From an uncultured Clostridia bacterium (GTDB lineage: Bacteria > Bacillota > Clostridia > Lachnospirales > Lachnospiraceae): a stretch of DNA of 64,000 nucleotides. Below are positions 1-9,878 of this stretch, one piece after another. The notes under the pieces are model-generated. The model worked only from the letters and a program-made list of their open reading frames with translations. It was not told the DNA's origin and did no database searches. The position numbers were made by a program, and so were the translations under genes. Every line of letters begins with the position of its first letter. Position 1 is the first letter of the stretch. The stretch spans positions 18,929-82,928 of the forward strand of contig CANADC010000019.1 of the NCBI GenBank assembly GCA_947347075.1, written 5' to 3'.

Positions 1-7
1 CTATAGT

Positions 8-337
8 TTGGATACAGAAGAAAAAGAACAGTTGGAATATCGGATTGAAAAGATGGAGCATATCTATGAAGGAATCTATGGAAAACAGATGATTTTATTC
101 TATGGAGAGAAGCTGCAGTATTATATTTCAGAAGAAAATGAAAGCGGAACAGGGCTGACAGAAAGTGATGCAGTTTCGATTAGCCATTGGAACAGTATCG
201 GCAGAGACAGTCGTTATGATATGCTGAATGATATGTGTGTTTCGGTTGAGATGCAGGATGAGCAGACATTAGCGGAGCTGATGGAACAGTATCTAAAAAA
301 GCAGAAGTTGGTGGAGAAAAACAGTACACTAATGTGA
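8..337 (+). CDS. Hypothetical protein. The 5' end may lie upstream of the window.
   Basis: ORF runs from the window edge. Its stop TGA at 335-337 abuts the GTG start of the next ORF at 339, which suggests translational coupling. No recognisable motifs. Confidence 0.4.
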   Translation: MDTEEKEQLEYRIEKMEHIYEGIYGKQMILFYGEKLQYYISEENESGTGLTESDAVSISHWNSIGRDSRYDMLNDMCVSVEMQDEQTLAELMEQYLKKQKLVEKNSTLM

Positions 338-338
338 G

Positions 339-2489
339 GTGGAAAAATTGGAAAAGAAACTGGTAGCAGGTTATGATATCCAAAAAGATAAAATACAGCT
401 GAGTTTTTATATTGAGGATCGAGAGGATGCAGAGTCGGTGGGTCCGCTTTCAGATCGATCTGGCTATGAGATTCCCTGTCTGATTGCACAGACCGAAGAG
501 GGATGGGTAATTGGAAAAGAGGCATGGGAGGCACATCTTCAGCATAAGGGGATATTGGTAGACCAGCTAATTCTACGGGTACTCCATCAGGAAATGGAAG
601 TGTTAAACGGATATTCGGCAGAAGAACTTTTGGAAATTTTTCTAAGAGAGACGCTGCTTTTTATTCCAGGAGTAGAGATGATTGGAAGAGAAATCGATGC
701 AGTAGCGATTTCTCTTTGGGAACAGAGCGGATTTTTATTGGATGTGATCTTTCGCTGTCTGATGCGGTTAGGAATCAAGGAGAACAATCTTTTTGCGATG
801 AGTGAGCAGGAAAGTGCAGTATGCTATGCATTGAGCAGACCGAAAGAATTGTGGAAGCTAGATGTGCTGTTTTTTGATTTTACCGAAGAGCACTTTTTAT
901 GCAGAAGACTTCATCGGGATCAAAAGGCAGGAGAACTGCTGTTAGAATTGATAGAAACCGATTATTCGGATTATTTTAAAATTGCGTTGTTAGAGACAGA
1001 AGAAGGCAGGCAAAGGGCGGATCAAAATTTCTTGGAATTGCTGATGCAGCAAATTATAAGACCACCGGTTAGCTGTGTCTATCTAATAGGAGAGGGATTT
1101 TGTCAAAAAGAAAACTGGGCAGTTTCTGCATTAAAATATCTATGCAGCAGGAAACGGGTCTTTTTGGGAATGAATTTATATACAAAGGGAGCCAGTTTAA
1201 GTGCATATGATCATATCTCGAAAGGCTTGATGGATACGGTAACAATGCGGATGAAGGGCTGTATTCCTGTTAGTATAGGAGTTCGTGTCTATCGAAAGGG
1301 AGGAAGGCATCTGCTCAATCTGGTAAAGGAAGGGAAAAATTGGTATCATGCAAAAGCACAGATGGAAGGAATTTTAGACGGTGCGGCAGAACTTTTTTTT
1401 GTAATCACACGACAGGGAGTTTCAGGGAAACTAGAATATCGGCTGCCTCTTTCGGCATTTCCCTATCGGGAACCTAAGATGACACGAGTAGAAGTTTCTC
1501 TTTCTTTTTTATCAGAGGGAGAAGCAGTTCTCCATGTAGCCGATCTGGGATTTGGGCAGTATGCAGAGAGCAGCGGGACGGTAATACAAAAGAAATTAGA
1601 ACTTTTTGAACTATTTTCTGAGATTGGAGAAAAGAAAGAAGAGGCAGTACAAGAGGAGGGACAGTTTTTATTATGCGGCAGCAGAAGAAGCCGTTCCCCC
1701 TATGAAGCAGAAGAGAGCAGACAGGCACTGTATTCGATTGATGAGATTTGCTATTATCTTTATCATAATTGCTATCTTCTGGAGCCGGAATTCTTTGATA
1801 CAAAATTGATTGATTTTATTCGAGATAACCTGGATATGAAACGGCTGGCAGATCAATTGGAGTATGCAAAAAAGAAAGAAGCACCTCTGGGAGAATATAT
1901 TGCAGCAGTGATGGAGAGTACCGGATATTATAGGGAAGCGGAGTGGAAGAGGATTTTAGAAAAACTTGCCTATTTTGGAACACAGAGCCGGGAGGAGCGG
2001 CTGAAGCTGCTGGGAGATATGTATCTGACAGAGTGCAGATATATTCAGGCAAGAAACCAATATCAATTATTATTAAAAATGGAAGAAACTTCCGAAGAAC
2101 CCAAGGAATTCTTTGGCTTTGTTTATCACAATATCGGGGTACTCTATATGGAAATGTTTTATTTTGAAGAAGCCTCTGGTTTTTTTAAAAAGGCTTATGA
2201 GTATGTACCACAGGATGAAATTTTAAAAAAACTTTTGCTGACACTGCACTTGGCGGGAATGGAAGTCGATTATGCCGAGTGGAAAAAGCGGACAGATGCA
2301 GAACAGGTAATGGAGTGGGAGCGGGAGTGGAAAGTATTGGAAAGTGGAGCTATAGAGGATGACAGAAATTATTTGGCGGCGGAGGCATTTCACAGCAGAA
2401 AGCAGGGAAAGTTAGGACAGTTTGAGGAGTATGCCAAAAAGCAGCTTCAGGAGTGGATGGAAGCATATCGGTATGAGATGGAAGGTTGA
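339..2489 (+). CDS. Hypothetical 716-aa protein with TPR-like helical repeats near the C-terminus
   Basis: Long uninterrupted ORF with a GTG start directly after the upstream stop. C-terminal segment YHNIGVLYMEMFYFEEASGFFKKAYEY resembles a TPR repeat. No catalytic motif recognised. Confidence 0.5.
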   Translation: MEKLEKKLVAGYDIQKDKIQLSFYIEDREDAESVGPLSDRSGYEIPCLIAQTEEGWVIGKEAWEAHLQHKGILVDQLILRVLHQEMEVLNGYSAEELLEIFLRETLLFIPGVEMIGREIDAVAISLWEQSGFLLDVIFRCLMRLGIKENNLFAMSEQESAVCYALSRPKELWKLDVLFFDFTEEHFLCRRLHRDQKAGELLLELIETDYSDYFKIALLETEEGRQRADQNFLELLMQQIIRPPVSCVYLIGEGFCQKENWAVSALKYLCSRKRVFLGMNLYTKGASLSAYDHISKGLMDTVTMRMKGCIPVSIGVRVYRKGGRHLLNLVKEGKNWYHAKAQMEGILDGAAELFFVITRQGVSGKLEYRLPLSAFPYREPKMTRVEVSLSFLSEGEAVLHVADLGFGQYAESSGTVIQKKLELFELFSEIGEKKEEAVQEEGQFLLCGSRRSRSPYEAEESRQALYSIDEICYYLYHNCYLLEPEFFDTKLIDFIRDNLDMKRLADQLEYAKKKEAPLGEYIAAVMESTGYYREAEWKRILEKLAYFGTQSREERLKLLGDMYLTECRYIQARNQYQLLLKMEETSEEPKEFFGFVYHNIGVLYMEMFYFEEASGFFKKAYEYVPQDEILKKLLLTLHLAGMEVDYAEWKKRTDAEQVMEWEREWKVLESGAIEDDRNYLAAEAFHSRKQGKLGQFEEYAKKQLQEWMEAYRYEMEG

Positions 2490-2496
2490 TTAAAAT

Positions 2497-3687
2497 ATGG
2501 GATTTTGGAAAAAACTTTTTAAGAGAAAAGAAAAACATTCTTTAGAAGGCAAACAGACGATACAGGAATACCTAGGAGAAGACGGAGCAGGAAAAAACGG
2601 TTACGGCAAACTGGAGGTACAAAAGGCCTATCGAATGAACAGTGAGGAGGAGTGTTTTGAATATATCAAGCATTTAAATGAACAGAAGCAGGCAGCTAAG
2701 CGGCAGCTTTCCGAATTGAAAGAGGAGTATGGAAGAATCGGCAGTATATTAAATGATGTGCAGAAAATTGAAGGAATGGAACAAAAAGATAAGCAGGAAC
2801 TTTTTGATGCCGCTATGCGGATAGAAGAGATTAATAAAGAGCGAAAAAAATTTCAAAGTACAGAAAGCAAGATTAGTGAAAAGCAGTATCAGAAGATGGA
2901 GGAATATGGAGAAGGAATCCGTTCTATGATGGCACAGCTAGATGAAGATGAAAAATATGCACATACCTTGGAACAGGATATGCGGCATTTAGAGGCAGAG
3001 AAGACCTCTATCCGCTATGAAAAAGACGAATTATATTCCAAAAAAATCATTGCAAAAAAAGCAGTAGAATGGTCGGTTGTATTGTTGGGGATTAGTATTG
3101 TATTTTATCTGGTCTGTATGATACTGCTGAAAGAAGACTATGAAAATTTTCTTTATGTTATGCTGGGAGTAGTCGGGGTGCTTTTAACGATTACTTTTTT
3201 GATATTTCAAAAAGCTGCAAAAGAGCTGCGGCTGGCGGATCGGAAGCTAAAAAAAGCCATCTTGCTTTTAAACCGTGTAAAGGCACGATATGTTATGATC
3301 ATTAATAGTATTCAGTATCAGTATGCCAAATATGAAGTGAGCAGTGCGTATGAATTGAATTTTATCTGGGGTTTATATTTAGAGGAAAAGAAGAATCGGG
3401 AAAAATATCGGGCCAGCTCAGATCAGCTGCATAAAGCAGAGATGGAAGTGGTTGGAGTTCTTACTGAATATATGGTAGAACAGCCTAGATTTTGGGTGGG
3501 ATATGCTACGGCATTGTTAGATGCAAGAGAGATGGTAGAAGTCCGGCATGATCTAAATGGACGCCGGAAAATGCTTCGGAACAATATGGAAGGAAACCGT
3601 GCATTTTTAGAAATGGCGGAGATCGAGAAGAAAAAACTGGCGGAGATCAATCCAGAATATGCACGGGTGATTTTGACAGGAGCATAA
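2497..3687 (+). CDS. Hypothetical coiled-coil membrane protein with two predicted TM helices
   Basis: ATG 8 nt after the preceding stop. Charged coiled-coil-like N-terminal half. Two hydrophobic segments (WSVVLLGISIVFYLVCMILL and LYVMLGVVGVLLTITFLIF). Confidence 0.5.
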   Translation: MGFWKKLFKRKEKHSLEGKQTIQEYLGEDGAGKNGYGKLEVQKAYRMNSEEECFEYIKHLNEQKQAAKRQLSELKEEYGRIGSILNDVQKIEGMEQKDKQELFDAAMRIEEINKERKKFQSTESKISEKQYQKMEEYGEGIRSMMAQLDEDEKYAHTLEQDMRHLEAEKTSIRYEKDELYSKKIIAKKAVEWSVVLLGISIVFYLVCMILLKEDYENFLYVMLGVVGVLLTITFLIFQKAAKELRLADRKLKKAILLLNRVKARYVMIINSIQYQYAKYEVSSAYELNFIWGLYLEEKKNREKYRASSDQLHKAEMEVVGVLTEYMVEQPRFWVGYATALLDAREMVEVRHDLNGRRKMLRNNMEGNRAFLEMAEIEKKKLAEINPEYARVILTGA

Positions 3688-3729
3688 AAAAATTTTTAGA
3701 CTTAGGTTAGAAAAGAAAGGAAGAGAACT

Positions 3730-5649
3730 ATGATGTCAAACGGGTTTTTGCGTGTGTCGGCGGCAGCACCAAAGATAAAGGTTGCTGATTGTATTTACAA
3801 TAGAGAACAGACAGAAAAGATAATCGATCAGGCGGTAACGATGCAGGTAAAACTTTTGGTTTTGCCAGAATTAGGAATAACTGGTTATACCTGCGGGGAT
3901 TTATTTCTGCAGAACAGTTTATTGCGTCTAGCAAAAGAACAGGTGATTTTACTTCAGGATTATACAAAAGGAAAGAATATTGTGGTGGCAGTGGGATTTC
4001 CTATGGAATGGAAGGGAGGTCTTTATAATCTTGCTGCGATCTTATTTGACGGAAAAGTATTAGGGCTTGTGCCAAAGCGTGCTATCCCGAATTATTCTGA
4101 ATTTTATGAAGCAAGACATTTTAAAGAAGGAATGGAGGAACCGGTTGAGATTATATTTGGAGGAGAGCGGGTCTTTATGGGAACGAATCTCTTGTTTCAG
4201 TGTGAAACAATAGCAGGATTTACACTTGCTGCAGAGATTTGTGAGGATCTTTGGGTGCCTTGTCCTCCTAGTACTCGCCATGCCTTAGCGGGGGCTACGG
4301 TAATGATCAATCTTTCTGCAAGTGATGAGACAACGGGGAAAGATCGCTATCGCAGACAGTTGGTAGAAAGCCAGTCGGCACGGCTGGTTTGCGGCTATCT
4401 TTATGCAGATGCCGGAGAGGGAGAATCGAGTACCGATCTGGTTTTTGCGGCACATCATATTATAGCGGAGAATGGAACGCTGTTAGTGGAGGCAGTGCGG
4501 TTTCAAAATCAGATGATAACGGCAGATTTGGATCTGGAGCGGATACACAGTGAAAGACGAAGAATGAAGACATTTGGGGCAGCAGAAGGAGTTTATCAAA
4601 CCATATATTTTTCTATAAAGGAAGCAAGAGAAGCGGAAGGATTTTATCGGTATGTCGATCCAGCACCATTTGTTCCAAGTGAAAAGGCGGATCGGGATAA
4701 GCGATGCGAAGAGATTTTGTCAATTCAGGCAATGGGGTTAAAGAAGCGGTTAGAGCATACCGGTTGTAATTCGGCGGTTATCGGTATTTCCGGCGGGTTG
4801 GATTCGACATTGGCACTTTTGGTTACAGCACGGGCATTTGATTTGCTGGGGCTGGAGCGAAAGCAGATTATGGCTGTTACCATGCCTTGTTTTGGAACTA
4901 CGGATCGAACGTATCAAAATTCGATACGGCTGACAGAGCGGCTGGGAGCAAAATTAAAGGAAGTGGATATTCGGGAAGCAGTGCTGCGTCATTTTCAGGA
5001 TATTGGACAAGATTCCAATTTACAGGATGTCACTTATGAAAATGCACAGGCACGGGAGCGGACGCAGGTACTGATGGATTTTGCCAATCAGGGGAATTCT
5101 ATGGTGGTTGGGACCGGGGATATGTCAGAATTGGCACTTGGATGGGCGACCTATAATGGAGATCATATGTCAATGTATGGGGTAAATGCATCCGTGCCGA
5201 AAACGTTGGTAAGACATTTGGTGCGGTATTATGCGGATACCTGTCAGGATCAGGAACTGTCAAATGTACTGCTGGATGTACTGGATACTCCAGTGAGTCC
5301 AGAACTGCTGCCGCCTAAAGACGGAGAGATTGCTCAGAAGACGGAGGATATTGTCGGACCTTATGAGCTGCATGATTTTTATTTATATTATATGCTTCGG
5401 TTTGGGTATACACCGAAGAAAATATGCTTTTTGGCAGAAAAAGCATTTGAGGGGGTTTATCAGAGAGAAGAGATTGTAAAGTGGATGAAGACTTTTTATC
5501 GGAGGTTTTTTTCTCAGCAGTTTAAACGGTCTTGTCTGCCGGATGGACCGAAGGTGGGATCGGTGGCTGTGTCGCCTAGAGGGGATCTTCGGATGCCAAG
5601 TGATGCTTGTGTTCGGATTTGGATGGAGGAGCTGGAAAGGGTGGAATAG
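3730..5649 (+). CDS. nadE: Glutamine-dependent NAD(+) synthetase
   Basis: 639 aa. N-terminal carbon-nitrogen hydrolase-like domain plus C-terminal NAD synthetase domain carrying the GISGGLDSTLAL (SGGxDS) PP-loop motif. RBS AAAGGAAGAG upstream. Confidence 0.9.
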   Translation: MMSNGFLRVSAAAPKIKVADCIYNREQTEKIIDQAVTMQVKLLVLPELGITGYTCGDLFLQNSLLRLAKEQVILLQDYTKGKNIVVAVGFPMEWKGGLYNLAAILFDGKVLGLVPKRAIPNYSEFYEARHFKEGMEEPVEIIFGGERVFMGTNLLFQCETIAGFTLAAEICEDLWVPCPPSTRHALAGATVMINLSASDETTGKDRYRRQLVESQSARLVCGYLYADAGEGESSTDLVFAAHHIIAENGTLLVEAVRFQNQMITADLDLERIHSERRRMKTFGAAEGVYQTIYFSIKEAREAEGFYRYVDPAPFVPSEKADRDKRCEEILSIQAMGLKKRLEHTGCNSAVIGISGGLDSTLALLVTARAFDLLGLERKQIMAVTMPCFGTTDRTYQNSIRLTERLGAKLKEVDIREAVLRHFQDIGQDSNLQDVTYENAQARERTQVLMDFANQGNSMVVGTGDMSELALGWATYNGDHMSMYGVNASVPKTLVRHLVRYYADTCQDQELSNVLLDVLDTPVSPELLPPKDGEIAQKTEDIVGPYELHDFYLYYMLRFGYTPKKICFLAEKAFEGVYQREEIVKWMKTFYRRFFSQQFKRSCLPDGPKVGSVAVSPRGDLRMPSDACVRIWMEELERVE

Positions 5650-5683
5650 GGGAGATTTTATATAATTATAAAAGATTTGGGTT

Positions 5684-5720
5684 AGGGAGAGTGTTCGTTT
5701 GGGAAGGCTCTCCCTTTTTT
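5684..5720. terminator. Intrinsic terminator shared by convergent genes
   Basis: GGGAGAG-loop-CTCTCCC hairpin followed by TTTTTTG. It lies between convergent nadE and the minus-strand gene. Confidence 0.5.
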
Positions 5721-5724
5721 GCGG

Positions 5725-6192
5725 TTAGTTTGCGGTGACTCCATTGCCTGAGACAGTAGAGGCTTTTTTAACGGCACGCTTAATGGCGTCATAGAGTGTT
5801 TGAGCGGTATAGCGATTGACATCGGAGCAGGTGATGCCTTCTAATGACTGGTTGCTTAGTATCTGTGCAGACAGGTTGTTTAAGGTTGTTTCCATTAGAG
5901 GATTGCTGACATCTGCGGTTTGGTCTAAATTGACTAAACGAATGGAATTGATATGGTTTTTGTCAACAATGACCTCAATCTGCATGGCTTGATTTCCTGC
6001 ATCAACAGAAGAGGTATAGATACCTGCTAAAAAGGTAGGAGCTGTTTCTGGCAGGATTTGCTTATCGGAAGCATCATCAGGCAGAAACATATAGATAAAA
6101 AGCAGGACAAGGAAGATACCGAGGGCTACAAAAATAGCAGTATAAATGACTTCCCTCATATGTAATACAACAATTTTGGTCTTTGCACTCAT
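5725..6192 (-). CDS. FMN-binding-domain membrane protein
   Basis: N-terminal TM helix (VIYTAIFVALGIFLVLLFIYMF) followed by an FMN_bind-like extracytoplasmic domain. Start moved to the internal ATG at 6192, which has a GGGGA RBS 8 nt upstream. The ORF-track start at 6252 lacks an RBS. Confidence 0.55.
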   Translation of the reverse strand: MSAKTKIVVLHMREVIYTAIFVALGIFLVLLFIYMFLPDDASDKQILPETAPTFLAGIYTSSVDAGNQAMQIEVIVDKNHINSIRLVNLDQTADVSNPLMETTLNNLSAQILSNQSLEGITCSDVNRYTAQTLYDAIKRAVKKASTVSGNGVTAN

Positions 6193-6299
6193 ATTTGAGA
6201 TCCCCTTTGCAGATAAGTGTACTGCCTGATTTATGCGTCGGTCAGTACACAAAAATTTAAGTTTTGTTACAAGGTATGTAGGGGGAGGGGAAAATATGA

Positions 6300-6666
6300 C
6301 TGGTGAGGGAAAAGTTTGGGTGTGAGAGTGAGGGGATTGGGGGGAGGATGTTGGAGTGAGGAAGGGGAGGAGGCTAGAGTGGGGAAGGGGAGGACGCTAG
6401 AGCGGGGAAGGGGAGGACGCTAGAGTGGGAAGCCATTTCTTCCCGCTGTTCCGCTCTACGGAAAGTAAGAATGTCTAATGCTTCTGGGGATAGGTGCATC
6501 CAGCCGGACGGACCGGGGTGCAATTCGCCCGTGCTGCGGGCTAAACACACCCCTTTTTTTGCCATTCGAGAATGGCAAAAAATCCTAGTGGATCGACAGA
6601 AGCATAAGACATTCTAACTTTCCTCCGAAGTCACAGCGGGAAGAAATGGCTTTCCCACTCTGGCTG
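6300..6666 (+). repeat. Structured repeat family A, copy A1, with a tandemly triplicated G-rich leader
   Basis: Conserved core CCGGACGGACCGGGGTGCAATTCGCCCGTGCAGCGGGCTAAACACACCCC-T6-GCCATTCGAGAATGGC-A6-TCCTAGTGGATCGACAG. It is flanked by two nested complementary stems. It is preceded by three tandem copies of GGGGAAGGGGAGGACGCTAGAG at 6330-6420. The element proper is about 6411-6666. Confidence 0.8.
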
Positions 6667-6725
6667 TCTTTTCCTGCCTGTAAGGTTAGAGTTGATTCAT
6701 TCATCCGTAGAGTTTTTTGTTTTTA

Positions 6726-6810
6726 ATCTATTAAGGAAGTCCTATTTGACGCAGTATAGGATTATGAGGAGGCAGCGGAGCGGATTCCGAATTTCCTTTG
6801 ATATTTTAAA
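6726..6810 (+). repeat. Repeat family B, partial copy (B2-type end)
   Basis: TTAATCTATTAAGGAAGTCC ... GCGGATTCCGAATTTCCTTTGAT matches the ends of family B. Confidence 0.55.
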
Positions 6811-6954
6811 GGTAAGAAATGCAGAGGGGAAAGAGAATGTCTTCTTTGTTACTTTGCTTTTCTTTTTTCAAAGATAGTGTAAAAGTTTATTTGGTTTTTT
6901 GGAATAGGATTATTTTCTTTGAAGTTTGGTATTAGGCAGGTAAAGGGTTGTTTA

Positions 6955-7115
6955 ACCTCATCAAGGAAGTCCCCCGCTTCTAAGCCGCCAAGGCGAAAGC
7001 GGTGGGTTGGGACTTCTTTGTTTCAGTGGGAGTGCAGACTCCCACTGAAAAGCTGCGATAGAAGCTATGAGGTTATGAGCAAGTAGCAAAGCGGATTGCG
7101 AATATCCGATTTGAC
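6955..7115 (+). repeat. Repeat family B, full-length copy
   Basis: AACCTCATCAAGGAAGTCCC / GGGACTTCTTTG foldback. Internal hairpins TTTCAGTGGGAGTGCAGACTCCCACTGAAA and AGCTGCGATAGAAGCT. Conserved 3' end AAGCGGATTGCGAATATCCGATTTGACT. Confidence 0.8.
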
Positions 7116-7481
7116 TGTTGGTTTGGGGTGATATGGAATGAATGATATATATTTTAAAATCAAAAATAAAGCTACATGGTTCGTTTCAGAAATATTTCTT
7201 GACATATAAATAGAATTATGGTAAGTTATTAAAAAAGTTTAGGAGAACATGGAAATGCAGAACTTATATTTTACAATGAATGATATGTACATGTATGACA
7301 GACGTACTTAGAAGTAATTGTGTTTTTGATTGGATGCACAGTTACGCAGGTAGGTCTGATATGTCTGTGCATATAAATTAGTAGGTGTAAGTTGTAATTA
7401 TATTTGCAATAGCCGATGGTTTTAGAAGTGCACTGGACATATTGTATGTTTAGTGTTTTTTTGTTTGGAAAGGAGTTTTTT

Positions 7482-7982
7482 ATGAAATTATCAAATGGAA
7501 CAGAGGTTATTGCTAAGCCTTATCGTGAAGAAGATGCGGAAGAAATTGTCAGGCTGATTCATAGAAATTTCAAGGAAGTCAACGTGAAAGATTACGGGGA
7601 AAGAGCGGTGGATATACTCTCTGCTACGCATGATGTAAATTGGTTTAAAGGTGTGGCAGAACATGCACATGTGTATGTATTTTGGAATGAAAATAACATT
7701 GTGGGTGTTGGTTCTATATCAAGTTTTTGGGGAAGCCTTACAGAAAGTATTTTGCTTACTATTTTTGTGCTGCCGGAAATTCATAGGCAGGGGATCGGCA
7801 GTTATATTATTGATACTCTTGAATCCGATGAATTATTTTTAAGGGCAGAGAGAATAGAAATTCCCGCATCTATTACTGCAGTAGAATTTTATCGGAAAAA
7901 GGGGTATGAATATAAAAACGGAATAAAAGAATTGGATGATGAGCAGCATTATCGGCTGGAAAAATTTAGAATGAATAAATAG
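7482..7982 (+). CDS. GNAT family N-acetyltransferase
   Basis: Start moved to ATG 7482 (RBS AAAGGAG). GNAT acetyl-CoA-binding motif HRQGIGSYII. Confidence 0.7.
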   Translation: MKLSNGTEVIAKPYREEDAEEIVRLIHRNFKEVNVKDYGERAVDILSATHDVNWFKGVAEHAHVYVFWNENNIVGVGSISSFWGSLTESILLTIFVLPEIHRQGIGSYIIDTLESDELFLRAERIEIPASITAVEFYRKKGYEYKNGIKELDDEQHYRLEKFRMNK

Positions 7983-8059
7983 GGCATAAGAAGAACGGTA
8001 ATAATGACAATATGGATATGAAAGATTTTGAAAAAATGTAGGATTTATGGATACATAAT

Positions 8060-8160
8060 GGATAGACATGACAGGCACAAAGGTTTTATCTATCACGCAA
8101 CGGTTAAGAAAGAATACAGAAGACAGGGAATCGGAAAAAAGCTGGTTGATATAATCGGGT
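8060..8160 (+). pseudogene. GNAT acetyltransferase fragment
   Basis: Short unframed segment translating to DRHDRHKGFIYHATVKKEYRRQGIGKKLVDIIG (GNAT motif A) with no start or upstream part. Confidence 0.4.
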
Positions 8161-8345
8161 AGGAATGAAATACTGCTATTCCTATGAAGAACAATGGCAG
8201 CCAAAAGATTTCCCGGTTATCTTCAGAATGTATCAGCTTAACTTTGATGAAAATACGGATTTTATATATACTTTTGCTCGGCTTCGTAGTCTGCCGAAAG
8301 CTCTGTGAAACGCTCGTCCGGTATGTGCCCCGCCACGCTGTCCTC

Positions 8346-9014
8346 CTACAGCCGCTTGAAGATAGCGGAGAGTTCCGCAATCCGCTTTTCTGCCGCTTCC
8401 AGCTCTTTCTTCTTGGCGGCGTTCCGGCGTTTGCTCCCGTCCTCGGTCTGCTCGGTCAACAGCTTCATAAACCGGGCTTCGTGCTTGGCGGCGTAGCTGG
8501 TGACTTTCCGTAGGTTCTCGGTCACTCCCTCGGTCAAGAGGTCGGTGCGGATAAAGTGCGCCGTACAGTCTGCCGTGCGCTTCTTGTAGCTGCCGCAGAT
8601 GTAGCAGTCCTGCCGCCGTTTGTCCGTCTGATACCTCTGCTGGTACATGACGCTGCCGCAGTCGGCACAAAAGAGTATGCCGGAGAACAAGCCCACTTCA
8701 TCATAACGGTTGGGGCGTTTGTGCTGCTTGCACAGCTCCTGCACACGCTCCCATGTATCCTTGTCGATTATCTGCTTGTGGTGGTTCTCAAAGATTATCT
8801 GCTTTTCGGCGGGGTTCTCCTTGCTCTGCTTTACCTTGTAGGACACTTTCTCGGTCTTGAAGTTCACAAGGCAGCCCGTGTATTCCCGGTTTTCAAGGAT
8901 ATGCGCCACGGTGTTTGTCGCCCACTTGCACTCATAGCCGGGGTGGTAGCGGCGTGTGCTTCCCGTCCGGTGGTATTCTAGCGTCCCCGGTGTGGGGGTC
9001 TGCTGTTCCGTCAA
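8346..9014 (-). pseudogene. Large serine recombinase, C-terminal portion only
   Basis: Recombinase-domain, Cys-rich zinc-ribbon (CADCGSV...CYICGSYKKRTADC) and coiled-coil tail are present. There is no N-terminal resolvase catalytic domain and no room for one upstream. The DNA is markedly more GC-rich than its surroundings. Confidence 0.65.
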
Positions 9015-9103
9015 GACACGGGCTATCTAATGTGGAAAAATTTGCTTTTGTGTGATATACTGGTCTTGTAAAAAAACACTGTTCCCATGAGAAAGGAAAC
9101 ATA

Positions 9104-9676
9104 ATGAAAATTATAGGATTACTGATACTTGCCGTGTTTTATGCAGTCTACATCAGCAAGATGATATTGCAAAAAAGAAAAGGCATACAGACAGACCAGA
9201 TAGCAAAAGGCAAGCAGAAAACAAAGGTATTCTACATTGAGCTGGCTATGAAAATAGCCACTTATTCCGTGGTTGTGGCGGAAGTCCTCAGCCTGTTCTT
9301 TGCACCTCCATTTCTGCCGCAAACGCTTGTTGCTGTTGGTGTGGTTCTTGGCTTTATTGGAGATATTCTTTTTACTGTATCAGTTGTAACAATGAAAGAC
9401 AGTTGGCGGGCTGGCATAGCAGAAAACGATAAAACAGAAATCATTACCGGTGGGATTTACCGCATAAGCAGAAATCCCGCCTTTTTAGCCTTTGATTGTG
9501 TTTATATAGGTTTGCTGCTTATAGCCTTTAACTGGGTTTTGCTGGTGTTTTCTGTTTTTGCCATGACAATGCTTCATCTGCAAATACTACAAGAAGAAAA
9601 GTTCTTGTCAAAGGCATTTGGGGCAGAGTACAACGCCTACAAAAGCAAAGTCCGAAGGTATTTTGGACGAAAATAA
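9104..9676 (+). CDS. Isoprenylcysteine carboxyl methyltransferase (ICMT) family membrane methyltransferase
   Basis: 190 aa with four hydrophobic helices. C-terminal motif GGIYRISRNPAFLAFD...EEKFLSKAFGAEYNAYKSKVRRY is typical of the ICMT/PEMT family. Confidence 0.65.
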   Translation: MKIIGLLILAVFYAVYISKMILQKRKGIQTDQIAKGKQKTKVFYIELAMKIATYSVVVAEVLSLFFAPPFLPQTLVAVGVVLGFIGDILFTVSVVTMKDSWRAGIAENDKTEIITGGIYRISRNPAFLAFDCVYIGLLLIAFNWVLLVFSVFAMTMLHLQILQEEKFLSKAFGAEYNAYKSKVRRYFGRK

Positions 9677-9683
9677 TTTCAGC

Positions 9684-9878
9684 TCACGCCGAGTAATGTA
9701 TTTTTAGTCCGGCTGTGCTTTCCGCTTCCAGCACTTTCATCATTTTGTCGGTGGTGGCGGTGGTGTCCTGTTTGAAATAGCCCGAAACCACAAGGACGGT
9801 GTTCCCTCTGTGTACTTCTGTCACGCAATCCGGGCGGCGGGCGGTAGTGGCGGTGCTTCTGTTGGGGGTGTCGGTCAT
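9684..9878 (-). CDS. Hypothetical small protein
   Basis: Its start overlaps the stop of the upstream minus-strand ORF by 4 nt (ATGA). It lies in GC-rich foreign DNA and has no recognisable motif. Confidence 0.3.
   Translation of the reverse strand: MTDTPNRSTATTARRPDCVTEVHRGNTVLVVSGYFKQDTTATTDKMMKVLEAESTAGLKIHYSA

Noticed and set aside
6374-6565. ORFs inside family A copies that translate to MAKKGVCLAR.TGELHP.PSGW (6374-6565-, 12501-12707+, 44213-44647-, 48830-49039+) and, on the other strand, to FSPLYGRIAPRSVRLD or MPFSNGKKRGVFSPL (12488-12688+, 27724-28236-, 58981-59433-, 63608-63997-)
   Set aside because: The putative start ATG lies inside the conserved GCCATT...AATGGC hairpin and has no RBS. 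The reading frame continues into the copy-specific stems, where nucleotide complementarity is conserved rather than amino-acid sequence. Both strands give ORFs. The pattern fits a structured non-coding repeat, not a small protein family.
6692-6877. 61-aa ORF MIHSSVEFFVFNLLRKSYLTQYRIMRRQRSGFRISFDILKVRNAEGKENVFFVTLLFFFQR
   Set aside because: It spans a partial family B repeat. It has no RBS and is low-complexity.
8184-8670. ORFs 8184-8513(+), 8305-8496(+), 8233-8670(-), 8534-8746(-) and 8556-8981(+) in the GC-rich patch
   Set aside because: These are alternative-frame or antisense ORFs that arise from high GC content over the serine-recombinase fragment. The recombinase frame (8346-9014-) is the only one with recognisable protein motifs.
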